A stretch of DNA of 64,000 nt from Thecamonas trahens ATCC 50062. Taxonomy: Eukaryota > Protista > Apusomonadida. Shown here in pieces: positions 56,654 through 64,000 of the stretch (positions are counted from its first letter, which is position 1; each line of letters begins with the position of its first letter). The notes beneath the pieces were generated by a model. The model saw nothing but the letters and a program-made list of their open reading frames with translations, was not told where the DNA came from and made no database searches. A program made the position numbers and the translations under genes. The stretch is taken from the NCBI RefSeq assembly GCF_000142905.1, contig NW_013657664.1, forward strand, positions 186,001 through 250,000. The letters run 5' to 3'.

Positions 56654-58010
56654 ATGGTACGAGATGTGGTAGAGTGCAAGAAAGGAGAGGTAGGGAGGAA
56701 GTGTGGTAGATGCACTTACTTGTGGGCTTGGGGCTGGTGTGCGGGGTACTTGGTGCGGGGTCGTTGGCGGAGACGGACGGATAGGTGCAGACGGCATGGG
56801 CGACCAAGCTCCGGGATAAGCTGCTGCGGCTCAACCGGGTCTCCAAAGCCTTTCTCATCTGTACGTTGCAGTGGAGTAGGGGGGGGGGGGGGGGGGGGGA
56901 TGAGATCGGAGGCTGCGGCTGGGTAGCAACAGAGAGGCACTTCCACACTCACACCGCGTTCCTCCCAAACCCAACCCGGGGGCTTCAGTGGCTACTGCCG
57001 ACTGTTTCATCATCATTGTGCTGGCGCTGCTGCAGCTGATCACGGGCTACACCACAGTGGGGACGTCGACGACGGACAAGTCGATCGGTGAGAACGGTGT
57101 GCCGCGATATGTGTACTGGTCGATTCTGGAGATCCTGACAGTCTGCTTCTTCTTGTACTTTGCGTGGGACTCTGTCCTCACGGAGAATGTGTTTGAGCTG
57201 TGGGCTTTTCAGATCGCCACCTTTCTGGCCTCGGTCTATGCAGTCATCCAGTACTACTCGGTGGAGGAGGAGAACAACACAGTCGGTGCCTTCCAGCTCG
57301 CGGTTATTCTCACGTTCCAGGTCTGCTTCTGGGCGCTATCTTACACTTTGCATCGATCGTTTGGCTGGTGGGTCTTCCGGCGCCTCGGCGCCGACATCGA
57401 GCTCAAGTCGATGTACAAGAACTACCAGCTTTTTCTGGCCCAGGTCAAGTTTGACCTGCAATTTGGCCTGCTGCTGGTCATGATGTCGACGTTTTTCTTT
57501 GCCGCCGCCTCGCCTGTCTTTGTGTTTGTCGAGATTGTCATGCTTGCCTTTACCATTTTCTACGCCACCCTTGGCATTCGCGGCATCCAGCGCGAGGACC
57601 GCCGGCTCATGCACTGGTTCTTTGGCCTCGGCATCATCGCGCCCATCAACATTGTCATCAAGGCTGTACTCATTGCCAGCGATCCCGATGACTACGGCGC
57701 CAACGCGCCGTACGCTCAGATGGCCGTCACCGCCTCGCTTGCCATCATCAACCGCATCACCGTCATGATCAACGGCAAGCGCGCGTACGAAAACTTTGGA
57801 CGCGGCCTTCGCGAGAACGCGTTTGACCACACCAACGACGACGACGCCGCCGAAGCGCCCGAGGCCATGGACGTGGCGCTGCTCCCGGTCTTTGACACGC
57901 CGTCATCCAACGCTGTTGCTCGCGGCCGCCACTCGTCGCTTACGGTCCAAGACTACGATCCCAACCTGGTTGACGCGTCGGCGCTCTTCCAGCCTACGCT
58001 CGAGAGCTGA
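56654..58010 (+). CDS. Multi-pass membrane protein, UPF0658-like; exons 56654-56689, 56791-56860, 56989-58010
   Basis: ENVFEL, FGWWVFRRLGAD..YQLF..KFD, NFGRGLR; 7-8 TM segments; GT-AG introns preserve frame. Confidence 0.72.
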
Positions 58011-58031
58011 TCTGCGCGCTCATACACTCAT

Positions 58032-61000
58032 TCAGCCTTTTTTTGCGCCAGACGTGGCCGATCCGCCGGCCCGAGTCCACCGCAGGGCACTCGGTTGCGA
58101 GACCGAGGAGTACCATTTGGGCTTGGAAGGCGGCGGCGGCGCCTCGGCTCGCTTCTTGATGTCCTCAGCCCGGAACCGCGCGAGCGCCGCCAGGTTCTGC
58201 TGGAGCTGTGGGTGCTTGCGGAGGAGGACGCCGAGGTTTTTGGACGGGAGCTTGAGGAGCGTGACGTGGGTCACTGCCGACACATTGGCCGACCGCTTCG
58301 AGCCCATGAAGACCGCCATTTCGCCGACGAGCTGCCCGTCCGAGAGCAGAACGACGGGGCCGCGCGGAAGGTGGACTTGCAGCACGCCGTGCGCGACGTA
58401 ATACATGTACTTGGACGCGTGCCCGGCCTTGAGCACCAGCGAGCCGGCCTCGAACTCTTCCACCGTCGTGTTGGCCACCAGATCATCGAGCACCTCGGGC
58501 GCATCGAGCTCGACGTGCATCCAGGTCGAGACTGGGAGCGAGTTGTAGGTGACAGGCAACCGCCGCCGCGGCGGCTTGGCGTCGCGCGGCTCGAGCTCAA
58601 GCGAGCGCGCAAACAGCGTGTCCTCGTCGATGCCGGCTGCCGAGCGGAGAAAGACCTGGATGTCCTCCACGGCGTGGTACTCGTATGGCGCAGCCTGCAG
58701 CCGGAGAAGCTCGTTGATGACGCCGGCGTTCATGGCGTGCTTGGCCATGTTGATGAGATTGTGCGGCGCCACCAGCGATGGGTTGCCGTCGTCGATAAAG
58801 ACCAGGTCCTGCAGAAAGACGCCGAGGTACGGGACTGCCGGCGCCTGCTGGCGCCGTAGCGCCTCACGGTATGCGTGGTAGTTGTGGTTCATCGACAGCG
58901 CTCGCTTGAGATCATCCCAGTGCTCGGTATACTCATCGGGCACCAGCGCCCACGAAAACTTGAGCCGGGACACTGCTGCGCCCTGCAGGCCCGATACCAG
59001 CGCCATCATCGCCGAGTAGTTGCCCAGCTGCTGGCACTCGCGCGCCACGTCGACCAGCATGCAAATGAGGACCGCCCGCTCGTCCGCAGTCTCGCCCATC
59101 AGCACCTGCGTCATCGCCCACGATGACGTCGCGTTGAATTGGTCGATAAGACCCTGGATGTGCGGCGCGCCGCGCCGTGAGTCCGGCTTGACGAAAGCCT
59201 GTCGAAGCAGCTCCTTCCGCTCCACCCTTACAAACATGGCAAAGTCTATGAGCGCCAGCTGGCGTGCAACCTCAATCGGGTGGACCTGAACCAGCGACCG
59301 GAGCGGGCCTGGGTCAAGGAGGAGCGACTGCGGTGCCCGCGGTGCGAGCACAAGCCTGCTCGCCGGCCGCGGCTCCTGCGCCTGCTCTGCCTCGCGCCGC
59401 ACAAGCTCCCAATCGATGGCGCCTGCACGAAGCGCCTGCCCCAGCGGCGTGCACGCCAACATACTCTCCCGCGGCAGCTCGCCCACCAGTGCCAACACAA
59501 GCGAAGCTGCCTCGAGCATCTCGCGGGCAGCGGGATCGGTCGCGTTTTCCAGCGTCCGCTCCAGAAACCGCCCCAGTCCGGCACGGAGCGACGCTGCGTC
59601 GTTGCCGCTAAAGTCCTCCGAGAACCGCACCAACCACTCGAGAAGGACGGCGAGGACCTGCTGCTGAAGCATCGGCTGGACCGAGGCCAGGAAGAACGGC
59701 AGATCGCCAAGATCGACCGGCAACGAAAAGTACCGCGCCACAAGAAGCCGCAGAAACTCGCCCGCATCCATAAACTCGGGAAAGGTCGCCAGCGTCACAT
59801 TGGTCAGCGCCACGTCGCGCTGGCTCGGCGCGGTGATCCGCCGAATGAGAAGATCAATGTCGATGGCCTCCACCTCCATCACAACTCGCTTCGGCTCGTA
59901 CCGGTCGTGCCAGTACGGCAGCCGGCGCGGGAGGACAAGCTTGGACACCCGCCGTGGTGCCTTGGATCCTTGCGTCGTCTCGGCACCTGAGCCCGAGCCC
60001 CTAACGTCCAAGCCCAAGCCCGAGTGAGTGCTGTCACAGCGCGGCATGGGGCCTGTGCCAAAGTCGGTGCTCTGTGCCCGCGCCATCGCACGAGCCGAGA
60101 GGCAGTGCCGCCACCAGGTTTGAATGTAAACGGCCGCGCCCCAGCGGAGCGGGTCCGACACCCCGCGCTTGCCCATAAACTGGGCGCAGAAGAGAATGAG
60201 CGCGTTGCGGGCCCTAGTCCGCATCAGCCGCTGCACTAGAGACGAGAGGTGCTGGTCAACGCTCCGCGATCCGGCCTTGGCGTGCGGGCCGACAAGAGCC
60301 ACGACCTGAGCCAGCGCGTCGGGAGAGCCTTGGGCAGCGGCGTGCGCAATCGATAGTGGGTCTGCACTCCGCAAGTACGCCATCGACAGCGCGTCCGGTG
60401 ACGCCGGCTCGAGATCCGGCACCTCGTCAAGGGCGTCGACCGAGGCCGACAACTGCGCCTCCTTGGCAAGTTGGAGCTCGCGCCGGAGTTTGCGCTCGCG
60501 CTCCTCCTTCTGCGACCGAACGTCGGCGGCCATCATGATCTGCAGCGGCTCGAGCACGTCAGAACGCAGCTCCGCAAGCGAGACGTCGGCGGCCTCGAGC
60601 GCCGGTGCCGCCACCGCAATGGTGCGGCGGAGCGCAACTTGGTGCGCAGAGACAATGACTCGCATCTGCTGCACATCGCGGAGGAGAAGCTCACGGTCGT
60701 CGCGAAGCTGGCCCATCACGCTCTCCATCTGCTCGACCGTCGCCAGTGTCGCCTTGGCCTTTTCGTCAAAGCCAAGCGTTTCGAGGTAAGCGACGCGGGC
60801 ATCCGCCTTTTCACGAGCACGGGCGGCCATGGCCGCCGACGATCGTGCCATTCCCATTCGGTGGTTGAGCTGGGCCACCTGGGTCTGCAGCTCCTGGACG
60901 TGGGCCTTGAGCGAGCGGTTCTTGTGGGTGGCCTTGTCGAGCGCCTCAGCTGATACCGCGGCGCCGGCCTTGAGCTCCAGCTGTGCTTCAGTCAACCGCT

Positions 61001-62228
61001 CGACGGCGTGCTCAGCCTTGGCCCGCGCCGTGCGCTCTTCGGCGAGAGCCATCCGCAGCGCATCATTCTTGTTTGCCAGCTGCTGCATGACCTTGACTGT
61101 CTTGGCATTGGCAGACTTGGTCTGACCCTTGAACTTGGTCAGCTGGTCCTTGCGCTTGGTCAACTTGGCCTTCAGCCGCGCCACCACGCTCTGGTACCGC
61201 TGGATCTCGGCTCGCATCGACTTCATGGCCAATGCACGGGACGAGACGTCGTCTACGGCCGAGAGTGAGCCCTTTCGCCTCCCTGCCCCGTTGGATCCAA
61301 CAGACGCAATTGAGAGCCGCCGCCGTCCGCCGCCAGGGTGCGGCAGCTTCACTAATGACAGCTCCGAGTCGGACGACGAGATGGAAATGGTGTCGTACGA
61401 GACGTCAAGCCTACCGCCGCGGCGGACACTCCGGGTCCCCCCGAGAACAATCGACGAGAACAACAGGTACTCGTCGACCCGGTCCTTGGCAGCCCAGTCG
61501 ACAGACGAAAAGGCAAAGAGGTCAGCGATGCTAAAGTAGCGGAAAATTCGGAAGAGGAGGGGGAGCGGAAGCACCATCGCCGGATGCTGCGGATTGAAGC
61601 ACTTGCTCGGCGGAAAGGCAAAAGCGTTGTGCCGAAGGTACTCGGGGATCGACGGCCCATACAAGACCACCGGCTGCGCTCCAAACTCGGACGCAGTCAG
61701 CGCCTTGGCCGACCGCACGTTCTCTCGGAGAAGCAGCGCCTCCCGCTCGAGATCTGTCGAGCTCAGAGAGTGTCTGCGGACCGAGTTGTGCGACGAACGG
61801 CGACCGCCGCAACCGCCGGTCTTGCTCGGCGGAAAGAGGCCACGATTGCGGGCTGAAACGCCGCCACAGCCCGAACCATCGCCGGCGCCGTCCACTCTTG
61901 TGCCCTCCGACTCGGCTTCTGGAAACTCGGGTGCCAGCATCGACGAGTGCGGCGAGAGGATGTGAAAGGCCGGCGAGAGCCGCGGGCCAAGCGCCAGAAC
62001 CGACGGATGCGGCGCCGTCCGCCTCGCCGGCACCTTGAACACCATGCGAGCCAGTCGCGGGTGGTCATCCAGCGGTTCAGCCACAGGCCGCCCAGGTCCA
62101 CCCAACACTGCTGGCACATGCTCCGCCTCGCCCTTGAACGATGGCCATGACTTTGGAGCCGAGCCGCGCGGGTTGGTGAGGTGCGTCCAGGTCTCCAGGT
62201 CTGCCAGCGGTTCTCCCTGTCCAGCCAT
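58032..62228 (-). CDS. F-box-like + coiled coil + IQ + RasGEF (REM/CDC25) + cNMP-binding protein
   Basis: LPLPLLFRIFRYF; IQTWWRH; HPIEVARQLAL, GNYSAM, PYLGVFLQDLVFIDDGNP; MYYVAHG..GEMAVFMGSKRSANV. Confidence 0.9.
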   Translation of the reverse strand: MAGQGEPLADLETWTHLTNPRGSAPKSWPSFKGEAEHVPAVLGGPGRPVAEPLDDHPRLARMVFKVPARRTAPHPSVLALGPRLSPAFHILSPHSSMLAPEFPEAESEGTRVDGAGDGSGCGGVSARNRGLFPPSKTGGCGGRRSSHNSVRRHSLSSTDLEREALLLRENVRSAKALTASEFGAQPVVLYGPSIPEYLRHNAFAFPPSKCFNPQHPAMVLPLPLLFRIFRYFSIADLFAFSSVDWAAKDRVDEYLLFSSIVLGGTRSVRRGGRLDVSYDTISISSSDSELSLVKLPHPGGGRRRLSIASVGSNGAGRRKGSLSAVDDVSSRALAMKSMRAEIQRYQSVVARLKAKLTKRKDQLTKFKGQTKSANAKTVKVMQQLANKNDALRMALAEERTARAKAEHAVERLTEAQLELKAGAAVSAEALDKATHKNRSLKAHVQELQTQVAQLNHRMGMARSSAAMAARAREKADARVAYLETLGFDEKAKATLATVEQMESVMGQLRDDRELLLRDVQQMRVIVSAHQVALRRTIAVAAPALEAADVSLAELRSDVLEPLQIMMAADVRSQKEERERKLRRELQLAKEAQLSASVDALDEVPDLEPASPDALSMAYLRSADPLSIAHAAAQGSPDALAQVVALVGPHAKAGSRSVDQHLSSLVQRLMRTRARNALILFCAQFMGKRGVSDPLRWGAAVYIQTWWRHCLSARAMARAQSTDFGTGPMPRCDSTHSGLGLDVRGSGSGAETTQGSKAPRRVSKLVLPRRLPYWHDRYEPKRVVMEVEAIDIDLLIRRITAPSQRDVALTNVTLATFPEFMDAGEFLRLLVARYFSLPVDLGDLPFFLASVQPMLQQQVLAVLLEWLVRFSEDFSGNDAASLRAGLGRFLERTLENATDPAAREMLEAASLVLALVGELPRESMLACTPLGQALRAGAIDWELVRREAEQAQEPRPASRLVLAPRAPQSLLLDPGPLRSLVQVHPIEVARQLALIDFAMFVRVERKELLRQAFVKPDSRRGAPHIQGLIDQFNATSSWAMTQVLMGETADERAVLICMLVDVARECQQLGNYSAMMALVSGLQGAAVSRLKFSWALVPDEYTEHWDDLKRALSMNHNYHAYREALRRQQAPAVPYLGVFLQDLVFIDDGNPSLVAPHNLINMAKHAMNAGVINELLRLQAAPYEYHAVEDIQVFLRSAAGIDEDTLFARSLELEPRDAKPPRRRLPVTYNSLPVSTWMHVELDAPEVLDDLVANTTVEEFEAGSLVLKAGHASKYMYYVAHGVLQVHLPRGPVVLLSDGQLVGEMAVFMGSKRSANVSAVTHVTLLKLPSKNLGVLLRKHPQLQQNLAALARFRAEDIKKRAEAPPPPSKPKWYSSVSQPSALRWTRAGGSATSGAKKG

Positions 62229-62811
62229 GCCGTTGCCGTGTGTAGGACCAGGGTGGGTAAGGCGGCGGCGGCGGCGGCGGGGGGAGCCGAGTGTGCCAAC
62301 GTGTCACCAACAGTCCGAGTACTGCGTGAGCTCACTGCCGTCAGGCGCATGGCGGGTGGCGGCCGGGTTGGCTGGCGGTGGTTGACAAACGTGCGTGGGT
62401 GACTGATGACATTGAGGACAACACAATCATTCACAACGCGCCTGAAGCATGGTGCGCAGCAGGCGATCCCGACAAAGGTGGCCCGGCCCACAAGGAAAGA
62501 AGAGCAACAGCGCTGACTGAATTGTAAACAATCGGCATGACGATTGGCCAGGAAGACCGCATCGATTCACCCAGCCCGTGCAAGCTTTGGCCCTGCCGCA
62601 CCTTGTGCCTAGTCGTTGCAGAGTTTGTGATTGGCAGTCGCGACCGCCAATGAGCAAAGACCACGCAGCGACGGCTAAATAGCCACCTCTACAAACCCCC
62701 GCCACAGCCTTTGGTGGCAGGTACCACAGCACTCCAGGGTTCCTGGGGAAGAGTTGAGGAAGACAGACTTGAACGCGTGCCTCCTCCGCAACACCCTTCC
62801 TACCATCCACC

Positions 62812-62846
<35 letters not shown>

Positions 62847-62958
62847 CCCTCCCCCTGTCGACCTGGGCCTTGTGCTGCCCCGCCCACCGGTTGCTTGGCG
62901 CAAGGTTCCGCAGGTGATCACGGCCGCTGGCGGCGAGTCGGGCGAGTAGTTGTAGACA

Positions 62959-64000
62959 ATGAGCTCGTCATCTCCTCCGCCCGAGTTGGCTGAGGAGGTA
63001 GATCAACCGCTACAGACCTCGATCTCGGGCATGCTCAGTGACGAGGGCTCGTCGTTTATGGCCGAGCTGCAAGCGCTTGTCTTGCACAAGACCAACGCCG
63101 TTCTCGCCACGTTGCGAGGACGGAGCTCGGGGCAGGTGACCAACTTTACCAGGTACGCAAGACAGCGAGGAGGGGGAGACCGAGAAGGGCGAGAGGAACA
63201 CCAGGAAGACGACATACTCACAGGATGAGGGAGGCGGGGAATGGTAGCGATTGGCTGTCGGGCAGCACGCTATCGGACTTGCTGCGGACGGAGCTCGAAT
63301 CAGAGCTGGACAGGGTCGAGTCGGTGGCGTCGGACCCGGCATCGCGGCGGAACCTGCTCAAGGCGCTGCTGCTGGAGCATGGGTCGGCTCTGGCTATTGA
63401 GAAACTGTGGATCGAGATGATTCCGGACGCACTCGGTGTAGATTCGGTGTGGACGCTCATGTTTGTCTCGCACTTGCTGACGGGGCTTCGGCTGCGGCAC
63501 GCCAACAACCAGCTGGCCGTGATGAAAACCTCTCAGGCGTTGTCGTTCTCGATGGCGTCGACGAGCGCGGAAGGTGGCAATGACTTTGGTGCAAGCACAA
63601 TTGTGACGACGTCGCCAAGTCGGATCGAGGACGATCGCGAGATGCGTTCGATGAACAAGAACCAGCTACTGAGCAAGATCGACGATATGTATGTGTCGCA
63701 CCAGGCTGACTTGCAGTCGCAGGAGCTGCGATTTAAGCAAGCGCTGGTGGCGAAAGAGAAGATACTGCAGAAGACGCAGGCAGAGCTTTCGCGGCTTGTT
63801 GCTGATAACAACCGGTCGCAGGCTATGTTCCGCAACGCAATGGCCGAGGCACAGGACTTGGCCAAGGAGTTCAAGCAGTACACTCGCAACGTTCAGAAGA
63901 AGCAGGCAGCGATGGCCAAGGCGCAGGCGTCGGGGAAGGAGGTGGCGCCTCCGCGCGGAACGGTGACCCTAATGTTCACCGACATTCAGGGCTCGACGCG
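62959..64000 (+). CDS. Coiled-coil protein entering a class III adenylate/guanylate cyclase domain; intron 63153-63313; 3' end outside the window
   Basis: Continuous frame from 63315 to the edge, ending APPRGTVTLMFTDIQGST (first metal-binding Asp motif). Confidence 0.85.

Noticed and set aside
62404-62520. C/D box snoRNA (TGATGA...CTGA)
   Set aside because: No terminal stem or recognisable rRNA guide; short motifs expected by chance.
1-64000. Non-standard genetic code or selenoprotein
   Set aside because: No conserved domain is interrupted by an in-frame stop; TAA, TAG and TGA all terminate genes.

Overview
Very GC-rich, gene-dense eukaryotic nuclear DNA with about 35 protein-coding genes, a few short GT-AG introns near 5' ends, tiny gaps between convergent genes and one 100-N assembly gap. 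Composition and gene content suggest a unicellular protist; an apusomonad such as Thecamonas trahens is my guess, not established. Recognisable genes include GH15 glucoamylase (3' end), NEK kinase, HIG1, SDR, TMEM198-like, TMEM150/DRAM-like, an MLO-like/EF-hand fusion, SH3-PH, DUF1748, TLC, saccharopine dehydrogenase, divergent DEAD-box, UFC1, ferric reductase, kelch, PP2C, zf-UBP USP, Rab, CYFIP, BCDIN3D, RING1 (RING+RAWUL), OST3/OST6-family, P-type Ca2+-ATPase, mitochondrial carrier, LamG/Sel1-like, aminopropyltransferase, PDK1, Cdt2/DTL, an F-box/IQ/RasGEF/cNMP protein and a class III cyclase running off the right edge. Eight or nine single-base frameshifts, mostly at short homopolymers, are most likely sequencing errors. 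Best leads: (1) an MLO-like membrane protein with a fused calmodulin-like module; (2) four GACCGTTCnnnGAACG palindromes beside the only long strongly AT-rich island (3.4-3.9 kb); (3) a head-to-head cyclase / cNMP-RasGEF pair; (4) a 21-bp higher-order repeat that may encode a small charged peptide; (5) several bacterial-type enzymes. No rRNA, tRNA, CRISPR array or transposase was recognised. All family calls come from motif recognition by eye, not database searches.
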